A stretch of 64,000 bases of DNA from Callorhinchus milii. Lineage: Eukaryota. The stretch lies in assembly GCF_018977255.1 (NCBI RefSeq), contig NW_024704743.1:29018001-29082000 (forward strand), given 5' to 3'. The notes under the pieces are model-generated. The model was given only the letters and a program-made list of their open reading frames with translations, did no database searches and was not told the origin of the DNA. Every line of letters starts with the position of its first letter. Position 1 is the first letter of the stretch. Below, in pieces: positions 1-12,021 of this stretch. A program made the position numbers and the translations under genes.

Positions 1-592
1 GTTGTTTACAGGACAAAATATTGCCTTGAGTAATTGAGGAGGTGGCCATTTGTGATGTGGATGAGATTTTGTTGCCTGCTATTCCATCAATTCACTGAAA
101 CCCTGACCTCAAGAGATATTTTGGATACCCATCACCATGCTTAAGAGTAGTTCTACATATATATGCCACCCACACATGGAAATTTCCCTGTATCTGGAAT
201 GGAATGCGTATTCACTGTGCGGAGGGTTATATCCCGCTTGCCTAATTCCAGAGATTATTCGACACAGGTTGGTGAGAGCCAAGACTTGGAGACCTTTCAA
301 GTGAGATCAGCTCCTGCTGCATTAGGACATTTCCATTTCCACACCTGACATCCTTGTAGCTTCAAGTTATGCTGCAAGGTTTTTTTTTGTCACACAACAG
401 ACAGTTTTGTGCCATGGATTTACATGCACCAGGAACTGTGTTGAGAGTTTCCGAAAACCTTTCACTTTTGGTACTTATATACAGCAGACAGAAGAATAGA
501 TGTGGAATGGGCTTGACCCAGACCCCAGAATTGAAGGATCAGTTTTTGAAAGTGCTCGTATGCTTCCATGCCATCTATTTCCCTTTTCTCTG

Positions 593-983
593 TATCCCAG
601 AGAGGATCGACTTCAAGAGCCTCACCCATGTATTCAAATCCCTCCACGCCTCTGCACCCCCCTACCTCTCTGACCTCCTCTTTCCTCAAAACAGTACCTG
701 TTGCCTTCGTTCCTCCAGGTCTGGCCTCCTCCTCATCCCCCGCGTCCTCCGCTCCTCACTCAGCAGCCGTGCCTTCAGCCACTATTCCCTGAGGCTCTGA
801 AACTCCTTTCCTTCGCCTCGCTCCCTGTCTTCCTATTTTCAGGTCTCTGCTAAAGACCTTTCTCTTTGACCGCACCTTTGGTCACCTTCCTCCCCCTGGC
901 CTGGCGCTGGGATCCATTACTGTAAAGTGCTCTGAGACGCCTTCCGGCGTGGAGGGCATTATATAAATCCAAGTTGTTGTTGT
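593..983 (+). mobile_element. L2 LINE 3' fragment (tail type B)
   Basis: Encodes RIDFKSLTHVFKSLH..PPYLSDLL..LRSS (L2 ORF2 C-terminus). Ends GAGACGCCTTCCGGCGTGGAGGG..TATATAAATCCAAG(TTG)n. Confidence 0.88.
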
Positions 984-1730
984 ATCGCTACATTCTTTTG
1001 TCATAGTCTTACTACTGTATGGTTTTCTTTATCACACAGTGAATCCTGTTTCATCAGAGGAATTTAGAAAATATAGAATGGGAGAATTCAAGAGGGGGAT
1101 CTATATTGTCTGCGGGTAGGGGGAAGAAATAAAAATTCTTCAAGTAAAACCGTAACATCTCATTACAAACGCACAGTATGTTCAATTCTGAGTAAAGGCT
1201 TGTGTTGCAGAGTGTAATCTGCTATTATGTGGGTTTGTGCAACATAAAGTAATTTATTCTAGTCTTAGTGCCTGACCACATTGCCAAATACAAGGGAATT
1301 TGATGGAAGAGGTACGTGCAATGTTCATTCTGTAAGCACTGCTTAAGCGAACAAGGTTGTCCCATGTTAAACCTTTACAGATGTGCAGGACATAAGAAAT
1401 TATAGGAATAGGATGTTAACAAACCAAGGATTTTGTTTTGATAAACAATGCTTAATTCCCCTGTACAGGTATTTACACAATAATGGCAATGGCAATTAAC
1501 ATACCTACAGCATTATATTATACTTTCCTGAACTGACTCAAGTTGTGGTAAATAATCTTTGGACAGATTTTGAGCTGTTTCATTCCAATTATCTTGATGT
1601 TGATCCTCTGACTAATCCTATGTGGTTGATATAAAGATAGAGGACATAACTAAAAAAAAACCCTATTTATTTTGCTGTATAATTAGCAATTCACATACAA
1701 GAAATGTATTTATACTGCTTATAGTGGCTT

Positions 1731-4592
1731 CTCATTGTTGACGAAAACATTGACATTCCCGCCCTCACTGAAACCTGGATCACTCCAGGCGACACCTTCC
1801 CCCTGATAGAAGCCACACCACCCAGCTACATCTTCCATCATACCCCTCGACCTAACTGCTGTGGTGGTGATGTGTTTCTCATCTCCCGGTCCCCGCTCGG
1901 CCTATCCCCTTATTTTTCTGGAACCTTCCCCTCCTTTGAGCACCTTATCCTTTATCACCCCTCCAACCTTCTCCTCAAAATTCTCCTAATCTATTGCCCC
2001 CCAAGTCCTTCCCCACCTTCATCCCTGACATCTCCACCCTCCTATCTTTCCTCACTCTCTGCTCCGAATGCCTCCTCATTCTTGGCAACTTCAACCTTCA
2101 CTTCACCCCCCTCCTGCTCTACCTCTGCTGATTTCTCCTCCCTTATCTCCTCCCTCAGCCTTTCCCTCCACAACCACTCCGTCACCCACGTTCGCGGACA
2201 TCCTCTTGACCCTGTGATCACTTGGGGCCTCACTGTCTTGGACCTCACCATCATCGACAAAGTTATCTCGACCTTCGCTTCATCTCCCTTAACCCCTCAA
2301 TCTCTCTCCTAAGCGCCACCCAATCCACCTCCATCTCATGCCACCCCTGGAAAAAAATCTCCCACTCCACCCTCTCGGCTGCCTTGGAGTCATCTGAACT
2401 CCTTCCCTTCTGGGCTTCCTCCTGCAATGACCTATCTTTCTCGGTCACTCTTCTCCACAGCTCCCTCTTCTCCACTCTCAATTCCCTTGCTCCCCTCTCT
2501 TCCCGAACCGTCTCCTATTCAAGTAAGTCACCATGGTACACCAGTCATCTCCGCTCCCTTAAAGCGTGCCGCTGAGTGCACCTGGCTTAAATCAAACTCA
2601 ATGGTCCATCGATAGATCTGGCTGGACCTTATCAAATCTTACCGCTCCACCCTCTGTTAAATCGTCGTTCTACTCCAAGACAATCTTGGAGGTCAAGGAC
2701 AACCCCAAGCTCCTCTTCCTATCAGCAACCGGTTCCTCCGCCCATCTTCTCACGCCCCGCCCATCCTCACCTCCAATGCTAACTGCGAGGTGATGCTGAA
2801 CTTCCTCGAATCCAAAGTTGAGGGTATCTGCTCAGCTGACTCTGCCCTTCCGTCTACTGGACCCTCCCCATCTCTCCCTCCCACCCCGGTCCCTACCCAA
2901 GCCTCCCTCCACACCTACGAACCTGTCTCCAACTCCTCTCTCACAACCACTTTAACCCGCATCAAACTGACCACTTGCTCCCTCGATCCCATCCCTACCC
3001 CTCACCTTACCTCCCAGCTCCACCTCCTTGCCCCTCTACTCACTGACATCATAAACCTCTCCCTGCCGACTGGTACTTTTCCCACCCCATTAAAAAATGC
3101 CGTCATCACTCCTATCCTTAAAAAACCCTCCCTGGACCCATCTCTACTCTCAAACTACTGCCCCATCTCCTACCTCCCTTTCCTATCCAAGGTCCTGGAA
3201 TGAGTTGTTGCTTCCCAGCTTCGCTCCTTCCTCTCCTGCCACTCACTTCACGAACCCGTCCAATCGGGTTTCCGTGCCGCCCACAGGACAGAAACAGCCC
3301 TGGTCAAAGTGACAAATGACATTCTGTCCATCTGTGACCAGGGCTCTCTCTGCCTCCTCGTTCTCCTTGAACTCTCTGCTGCCTTTGAAACTGTCAACCA
3401 CTCTATCCTTACCCACCATCTCTCCTCTCACCTCAGCCTTCATGGCTTTGTCCTTGACTGGTTCAGATCGTACCTCTCACACCGCCTCCAATTCATCTCC
3501 ACAAATGGCTTCTTCTCTAGCCCCCGCACCGTCTTGTGCGGTGTTCCTCAGGGATCTGTCCTTGGTCCCCTCCTCTGCAATATCTATATGCTCCCTCTTG
3601 GTGACATCATCCACAGACATAGAGCCAACTTCCACATGTATGCGGACTGTACCCAACTGTACCTCTCTACCTCCACCTTTGACTCCAGTACCACTGCTGT
3701 CCTAACAGAACGTCTGTCAGACATCAAGTCCTGGATGAAAGCTAACTTTCTTCAGTTGAACATCAACAAAACTTAAGCTCTCCTGATTGGCTCCCATCAG
3801 CTCCTTCACACCTCAGGCGCTGACAGCATCACCATCCATGGTTTCACACTCCACCTTACTTAGCCAGTCCAGAAACTTGGGGTCTTGTTTGACCCTCAAC
3901 TATCCTTTCTACCCCACATCTGTGCCATGACCCACTCTGCCTTCCCCCATCTCCGCAACTTCGCCCACTCCGCCAAGTCTCAAACCTCAGGCCGCCGAAA
4001 CACGCTTTCATTACATCGAGGCTTGACTATGCAAACTCCTTGCTTGTCGGCCTCCCCAACTCCTCCTTCCATAGGCTGCAGATCATCCAGAACTCTGCAG
4101 CCTGTGTCCTTTCCCGCACCAGGCTCCATGACCCTATCACCCCCATCCTCACCCGACTCTACTGGCTTCCCATCACACAGTTCAAGATCTTGATCCTCAC
4201 CTTCAAAGCCCTCCATGGTCTTGCTCCCACCTACCTCTGTGACCTCCTAATCCCCTACCATCCTGCCCCTTCCCTCCGCTCAGCGGGCTCCCGCCTGCTT
4301 CACATCCCCCTACTCGCCCACCTCACCATTGGCAGGCGGGCCTTCTTCCGTTCTGCCCCCATCCTCTGGAACTCCATCCCACAGTCCCTCCACCTCATCC
4401 CCTCCCTTGCCTCCTTCAAGACCCATCTCAAGACCCTCCTCTTTGCTTTCGATCACCCAGCTTCACCCCCTGCCATCCACCCTCCCGATCCCAATCCCCA
4501 GCTTGGGTCCAAAACTCTGACTGCCTAGCACCTTGGTATGTCCTCCCGACGTGAAAGGTCCTATACAAATGTAATTTTGTTGTTTGTTGTTG
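1731..4592 (+). mobile_element. Degenerate 5'-truncated L2 LINE (APE endonuclease + RT remnants, tail type A)
   Basis: Frameshifted motifs LTETW (~1765), LGNFN, THVRGHPLD, CSLDPIP, NYCPISYLPFLSKVLE, GVPQGSVLGP and YADCTQLY (YADD mutated). Has a 3' stem-loop and (TTG)n tail. Confidence 0.93.
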
Positions 4593-4640
4593 TTGGTCTA
4601 TTTCCCACCTCACTCCAAACTCAAAAATTTAAATACTCAC

Positions 4641-4688
4641 CTCACTGTTAACAGACTGTTGCTGGTGCAAATTGGCTGGTGCACTTAC
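4641..4688 (-). other. Candidate 48-nt in-frame exon (VSAPANLHQQQSVNSE)
   Basis: Minus strand reads ttttatgcag|GTAAGT...AGTGAG|gtgagtat. Only phase 0 is open. Confidence 0.3.
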
Positions 4689-5095
4689 CTGCATAAAATT
4701 CACTTCATTTCTAATAATTCTTACTCTATAAATATGCATAAAATAAGATGTGTACTTTATGTGAAAGACGCTATATATATGAAAACTATTTTTTAATTGA
4801 AGTGTCTCACGGAGACTTGTGATGGATCTCTGTGGGATGGGTTGCTTGTATGTGTTGTAACTTGAAGCAAAGAATTTTGTCACATATATGTAACGGGTTC
4901 AGGTCACTGGCTGTGAATGGAATTTATCACATCAGTTCTGCCTCAAAAACCTTCTAAAAATAGATCTCTACGCCTTTGCTTTGATCAGCACATTTAACTC
5001 TCTTATTTCCTTGTTCAGTGTCCACTATTACATATATCAAGCACTTTAAGACATCCATTTATGTAACAAGTGCTGTAGAAATGCAAAATGATACA

Positions 5096-5280
5096 ATAAT
5101 AATTTGGTCACTCAATCCACGACTGTTTGTGGAACACTGCTGTGCGCAATTAATTGGCTGCCTCGTTTCGCCCACAAGTATACAGTCAATTCACTTTACA
5201 GTATATTCTGTGAAACTCTTTGAGATGTCTGGAAGGCGTGTAAAGCACAATATCAAATGCAAGGATTATTATTATTATTG
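5096..5280 (+). mobile_element. tRNA-Ala SINE, 3' fragment
   Basis: Matches the 3' half of the full-length copies and ends GCAAGG(ATT)n. Confidence 0.85.
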
Positions 5281-6870
5281 TTTCCATGTAATAGCAGCAT
5301 AAATTATAGAAAGTCTGTGCCATTTAAAACAGAATTCCCCTCCTGTTCCTAATTGCCAGTCTCATATGTAGTGCATTTTGAAGGAAACACACATTTTAGC
5401 TGGAGTGATGCCTGAATCATATTCTTTGAAAAGCTATTGATAAAATAATAAATTACTGCTGAAATTATTGTTCAATCAATATTCAATTTCATGGCTCAGC
5501 CAAATGTATAGGAACAGTCAGCAGCTCCAGCAATAGAGTGTGAAGTCTATGTGTTGGAGGGGTGACTCCAGCCTAAAGTGACAATTAAACTCTCCTGTTC
5601 TGATTTGCTCTGGGCTGAGCCTCTGGAAAGAGAACTGTATGGCAGGAGCATACTATCATGCAGATCAGGGGCATAGTGATGTAAGGGGGAGGGGGAACGG
5701 TCATTAGAATAGCACCGTGCAGTGGTTCAAGCACATTGGACAATCATAGAGCTACATCGATGTCTACCTTGGAGACATCTTTAACTCAGACCAGGTGACT
5801 ATGCTGGGACATCTTTCCGACGTGAATGATGCTGTACACGTGTAACTTGTTGTTGTTGTTTCAGCCAAAGAAAGAAAGGAAGTACAGCGAGGAGATCAAG
5901 TGCAAGGGAAAAAGGACACAAATATAATAAAGTGTACAAATATATTCAATTAAAACCTGCTTGTTTCACAATCAGCTCTTAATGCTTTGTGCTGCTCACT
6001 GTTTCTCCGGACTATGCAGCCCCTACAAAATAACACTTGATTGTTTACACTGTTTCACAATCCTATTGTGCTGTGTGTGAGACGTCCCAACTGCACTCCA
6101 GCAAGAATGTCAACCACTGGATTCTTAGACAAGATGTCATACTAAAAGGCGAGAAAACATAAACAAACACTCACAGGTGAGGTAGTGAAAAACGCCCTTA
6201 AGGGCAAATGGCAAAGCATTCCAATCATGAGTCAAGTGTTAAACACAACAGCAAAGGTGTACATGTTTCATAACTCAAGAAAGTACTTTCTTCAGGGTTA
6301 AGAAAAGTGCAATTTCTTGTGTTTGTTTAACAAAATTAAACTAATGATACAGAGTTTTGAAATTATAATTTCCCATTTTGTCAAAGAATGCCATGAGCAT
6401 AGAAATGCTCTGACATCATTACTTTAATCCTTTGTTTCTACTTTATAAAAGTCAGCAGTGGGAATGCATGTGATTCGTGTTTGGTATATCTCAAAATCAT
6501 GATTCACAAGGTAGAAATCACAATTTAGGCAACAAATCCAGGTCGCAAATATTATACATTTCTCTTAACAACAAATTGCATTATATAGTGTCCTTCAAGT
6601 AGGATAACATCTCAGAATGCTGTACAGAAGTGGGAATAGATGCAGAGCAAGGGAGAGGCGGAGGTGACCAAAGGCACAATCAAAGAGGTATGTCTTCAGG
6701 TGGGATGAAGAGCGAGCCAGGCAAAGGGATTGAGGCTGAGACTTCCAGAGGTTAGGGTTAGGGATGTAGTGGCTGAAGGCTCGGCCATCGATGTATTGAT
6801 AATAACCTGGAAATTCAGAAGAAGCTCATGCCAGTTTACTATACTTGAAACCCCACCTTAATAGCTAATC

Positions 6871-7131
6871 CTTCGTTCGGATGAGACATTAAACTGAGGT
6901 CCTGTCTGCCTGTTCAGAATCCCATGGCACTATTCGAAAAGAGAAGGGAGTTTCTCCCGGTATCCTGGCCAACAATTCCCCAAACAACTCACTAGATGGC
7001 TATATGTGGTACATGTCTGTGTGCAAGTTGGCTGCCCACAAAATACGCAGTCAGTCCATTTATATATATCCTGGGAAACACTTTTGAGACATCTCAACAA
7101 CATGATAAGGTGCTGTATCAAATGCAAGGAT
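6871..7131 (+). mobile_element. Old Deu-domain SINE fragment (SacSINE1/AmnSINE1-like)
   Basis: TTCGGATGAGACATTAAACTGAGGTCCTGTCTGCCTGTTCAG..ATCCCATGGCACTATTCGAA is the Deu-domain signature, followed by an L2-type tail. Confidence 0.8.
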
Positions 7132-8859
7132 TCAAAACGGATTCTGCAGACAGGTGTTAACAATTATTGATGACTGCTAAGCAGAGAAAGCATCAATAAC
7201 TGCACTAAGTTCCTAAATCCTGTGTTTACAGTTGATGGAAGCTAATAATGGCACTATGTTAAACAGAGAATACCTTGTAGTGATCAGAAAGCAGTGGTGT
7301 CACTGAGGAGTTCCATCATGTCATAGAGCTGGAGAATGAAATTCACATTGTAACTCTGTGGTGTGAAACTTACCATGAAATCATACCAATGTAACTACTG
7401 TTGTTCTGTGATGGGAGTGTTTCATTCCATTGTGAGATTGTTTATTTTGACAGAAGCTGTTGACTTGATGGATGGCTATTAAAAGGCCAAGGCATTCCCA
7501 TAAGTTTAATACAGAATGATGATGTTGACACTGAAGGTTTAGCGACTGTGACACAATGATGTTTCACAATGGGATTCATTAGTAGTGACTCAAAGTCACT
7601 AACCGGGAATCCTGGTAACCAGCAGTATACCCGCCCACAAACACTTCACTTCACTTTCTTTCTCAGCTGCTTTGAAAATCCTCTGAACTACCTCTTTCAC
7701 TACATCTTTAGTCACCTTCCCCCTACCCCCTTTCCGACCCCCTCTCTTTGAGGTGCTAGCCATGTTATGCTGCTTTAAGACTTTCTACGTGAAAAGCAGT
7801 GCAAGGTGTTGTTGTTTGTCACGGCTGATTCTCGGGAATCGACTAATGCTGTGGAGGTCTGCAAGTTGGCTACAATATATTGCTGGCTTCAGCATTAATC
7901 CCTTTACAGCTACTCTAAGTCACTTTTAGTGAATCCTGTTGCAAATTTCAACATTTTCGTGACTGAGTGATTACCCACAGCTGATTAATAGGAAATAGCT
8001 TTCCATATCTATCATGTAATAGTACATTTTAATTTGCCTTCAATAATCAAAATAACATGAATGTTTTCACATTGCCTCATTGAGGGAGTGCTTTTCCATA
8101 TCAAGGGCAGTTTACATTTTCTGAGTGTTTTCTTTTCATCTTCTTACGCTCAGAATCTTCCCTCATCTCTCTTTTGTTCAGCAAAGCCAGTGTTGAAAAG
8201 ACCAAAAAAATGCTTGTCAAGGTAAACGCGTGAGTTTCATGCATGAAAACCCACAGAGTAGAGTAGTGTGTGGGTGTTTCGTGCAAAGCCAGGGTTTCCA
8301 GCGTTTAATTTGAAGGGAGTTGCTACTGGTATTATCACGCATAGTCTTTGTTGGTTCTGCTGTGATGTGTTTGAAAATAACCCAAACAGGTTATGTAGTA
8401 ACTGTGATATTATCTGGGTGAAGTTTACCTGAGGGGATTCCATCAGAGCCAAACATGTTTCTCACTGTCTGCACGAATATGGCCTTGGGAGGTTTTTTAC
8501 AAGCAAATAACATGGATATCACAGCAGCAGAACACAGCAGAACCACAGATGGTTCAGTGATATATTCTTTGTTGGAGTTAGCTTTGTTTAAGACTGACCG
8601 CAATTAATCTCTTGTCTAACATACTCAAACTGTATTAGCGAAACTGTACTGTAGGATTTTTCACAGTTAAAATGCCTATGCATGGGGTGAAATGAGCAGT
8701 GTTTATTCTATAAGGCTTTCGATGTGACACAGAATCTGTTTTGAAACAGCACTAAATTCATTTTTAAATGTCAATATACTACATCCCTCCATCTCCTTCA
8801 ACTTCTTATTGGTTTTCAATATTTATACGCATTCACATTGTTTATGAAGACACTGCATA

Positions 8860-9298
8860 CAGGCTGACCTCAGTATAACGAATGACCTGGGGACTTGGGA
8901 AAGAGAGCGTTATATCCAGGTATTCATTGTCAATATTTAAATACTGAAATGGTTAAAAGGTACACATGGTGAGTAGTCATCTATTGAGGAGTGGGTGTAT
9001 GGCGTGAGCTGAGGGGAGGGGGCTGTCACTGTCCAGCACTTGGATTTCCCTCCAGCTAGACACCAGCTCCCACAGAAAATTGACTGCCGAAAATTCCCAT
9101 GATTGGATGCCAAGCGCCCACATGATTGACCGCCAAACACTGGAACCATTTTGACCTGATTGTAATTTGTTGTACCAGGGGCTTCAATGATCACTGTATC
9201 AGGGTAAGAATCGATAGGAAAAAATGGGTCTCAATGTTGAGTTTGCTATAACTGGAGGGATCGTAATAACTAGGGATCATTATACGGAGGTCAGCCTG
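8860..9298. mobile_element. Non-autonomous DNA transposon (MITE), Tc1/mariner superfamily, pogo/Tigger-like
   Basis: TIRs CAGGCTGACCTCAGTATAACGA and TCATTATACGGAGGTCAGCCTG (2 mismatches), flanked by TA at 8858-8859 and 9299-9300. No transposase ORF. Confidence 0.82.
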
Positions 9299-9302
9299 TA
9301 TT

Positions 9303-9825
9303 TAACCTGGGAGTTCACATACACAGGTTTTTGAAGGTGGCAGGACAGGTTGATGGAGCTGTTAAAAAAGCATATGGTATCCTTGGCTTTATAAATAGAG
9401 GCATACAGTGCAATAGAAAGGAAGTTCTTCTAAACCTTGTAACTCACTGGTTAGACCTCAGCTGGAGTATTGTGTCCACCACACTTCTGGGCACCACACT
9501 TTAGGAAGGATATCAAGGCCTTGGAGAGGGTGCAGAGGAGATTTACCAGAGTGATACCAGAGATAAGGATCTTTAGTAATGTGGGGAGACTAGAGAAGCT
9601 GAGATTGTTCTCCTTAGAGCAGAGAAGGTTAAGGGGAGATTTAATAGAGGTGTTCAAAAATGATGAGGGGTTTGATAGAGTATTTAGGGAGAAACTGTGT
9701 CTGCTGGAAGGTGGGTCGATAACCAGGGGGCCTAGATTTAAGATTAAATTCGCAAGGATATGGGGAAAGAGTGGGGAATGGGACTGGCCTCCCTTTGTGC
9801 TGTAACATTCTATGATTCTATGATT
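9303..9825 (+). mobile_element. CR1 LINE 3' fragment
   Basis: Encodes KKAYGILGFINRGI and ALERVQRRFTRVIP..LEKLRLFSLEQRRLRGDLIEVFK. Ends in the CR1 tail (ATTCTATG)x2 at 9807-9822. Confidence 0.92.
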
Positions 9826-10231
9826 TGATAACACAACAATTAGAGAAAGTGAATCGCCACAGTAGCTATTTGTCTTCAGGATTTGAAGCAGTTTGGGAGA
9901 TGGGTCTGGGTAGGAATAGAGGATATTGCATAACTTGACGAATACAACAATAACTTGCATTTATGTAGCACCCCTCACAAGTACAGGGTAGCATTCCAGA
10001 GTCCTTGACAGTGGTGGAGCATGACGCTGATCCGGAGGAAGGGGAGGTGACTGTAGGCAAGGTCGAAGAGGAAGGTCTGTACAGCTGAGCTGTACAATTG
10101 AGTGCAATTTCCAAACAGCCTCCGCCTATCTTTGTTTTACAATAATCCTTGCATTTGATATAGCACCTTTTATATCAGGAGAATGTCAATTAAGTTTGCC
10201 AGTTAGAAATAGCTAAACCTTGGGCAAGTTA

Positions 10232-10472
10232 AATCTTGGGCAAGTTTCCTTACTCCACACACCTAATGATAATCCCTCCAAAAACAATAATAAAAATTAG
10301 TCATTTTCAATCCATGACTGTTTGTGGGACATTGCTGCGCGCAATTGGCTGCCGCATTTCGCCCACAAATATACAGTCAATTTACTTTACAATTTATTTT
10401 GTGAAGCGCTTTGAGACGTCTAGAAGACGTGAAAAGCACTATAGCAAATGCAAGGATTATTATTATTATTAA
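10232..10472 (+). mobile_element. tRNA-Ala SINE, 5'-truncated (short form)
   Basis: Runs from CTTGGGCAAGTTTCCTTACTCCACAC to GCAAGG(ATT)n. Confidence 0.9.
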
Positions 10473-10705
10473 TGTCTCAAAGCACATCACAGCATTTACT
10501 GTAATGTGTATTATGTTGCCAAACGACACAGCCAATTTGTACACAGCAATGTCTCACAAACAGTCATGACGTAAATGACCAATTTTATCTGGGGGATTGT
10601 TGGCCAAGACACCCTTCTCTTTTGATTAGTGGTATAGCATCTTTAAAGTCCATTTGAACCAGCAGACGGGATCTCGTTTTAACATTTCATCCCAAGGAGA
10701 GCACC
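10473..10705 (-). mobile_element. Old Deu-domain SINE fragment
   Basis: Reverse complement of the Deu core and AmnSINE-like tail, degenerate. Confidence 0.65.
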
Positions 10706-11368
10706 AAGTACTGTTATAACCATAGTTCACTTTCCAAGAAATATTCTCTTAGACATAGAATGTTCTCATGACAGCTCGCTCTTTAAAAACAATCTACGGC
10801 ATTTCTGAGGCCATTACATCATGCCAGCTCCCACCTCTCTGCATCAGGCACTCAGACACATTGACGAAGCCCTACATATCAGTCTCTCACTGTGTTACAC
10901 TGTGTTCCTTTATCTACCAGTTTTATTCCTCCTCCTCCTCTCCTGGATGTGTTTGCCACTTTTTACCTTCAACTTGGGTGTAATTCCACTGACACCAGGA
11001 TCCCAGAGTTCTTTTTAAATCGCCTGTTTCATGTTTAAACAGTCATCTGTAAATACACCACCAACAAAGCAACTGTGATATTGCCAACAGGGGCCGAGTC
11101 TGCAAATTATGATTTATGACTGTTTTCCTGTCCAACTTGCAAAATTTGCAAAACAGCTGATTTTGATTTACAAAAGCTATCAAGACTTTTCACTGTGAAA
11201 AGAAGACCCAAGAGTGAAATGGACCCATAGCACTTTGTCTGCATTTTAATAACCTTGTGAATATTAGTTCTTGGTGATGTGAACCCGCACTTCCATGTGG
11301 TCTTACCACTAATAATTTTCAATCTCTCAGAAATCAGAAATGTTATAGTTCAAGAAAATAATCAAATG

Positions 11369-11663
11369 AAACCTTGGGCAAGTTTCCTTACTTCACACCG
11401 CTCTGTTTACCTAACCATAAGTAGGAACCTGGTTGTTAGTCGATTTGGATCACTTTCCGGGGAGGGGGGGTAATAATCCCTCAAAATAAAATTAGTCACT
11501 CAGTACACGACTGTTTGTGGGACACTGCTGTGCACAATTAGCTCCCACGTTTCACCCACAAAATACCTGATCAATCCACTTTACAATATATTCTGTGAAG
11601 TGCTTTGAGACATCTCAACAATGTGATAAGGCGCTATATCAAAGGTAAGGATTATTATTATTA
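11369..11663 (+). mobile_element. tRNA-Ala SINE, long form, 5'-truncated
   Basis: Contains the CTCTGTTTACCTAACCATAAGTAGGAACC..GTTAGTCGAT segment and ends in (ATT)n. Confidence 0.88.
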
Positions 11664-12000
11664 ATAATCCTGACATTTGGTATAGCCTTTCACATCAGGA
11701 GGACATCCCAAAGCGCTTTACAGGATCTACTGTAAAGTTTGATAACTCTGCGTGTTTTATGGGGGAAACATGCCAGCCAATTTGCACAAAGCAATGTCCC
11801 ATAAATAGGCATGGAATGAGTGACCAATTTTATTATTATTTGGAAGGACACTGGAAGAATCTTCCTCCTCCTTTTCAATAGTGCCATGGGATCTTTAACA
11901 TCCACCTGAACAGTCAGACAGGACCTCGGGTCTAATGTCTCATTCGAAGGACGGCCCACCTACAATGCAAAGCATTGGAGTGTCAGCCTGGACTGTGAGT
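11664..12000 (-). mobile_element. Old Deu-domain SINE
   Basis: Plus strand shows AATAGTGCCATGGGATCTTTAACATCCACCTGAAC, the reverse complement of the Deu core. Confidence 0.8.
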
Positions 12001-12021
12001 TTTAATTCCTGGCTGTATTAG

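Noticed and set aside
1872..4528. Functional reverse transcriptase gene
   Set aside because: Multiple stops and frameshifts, a mutated YADD motif and 5' truncation make this a dead L2 copy.
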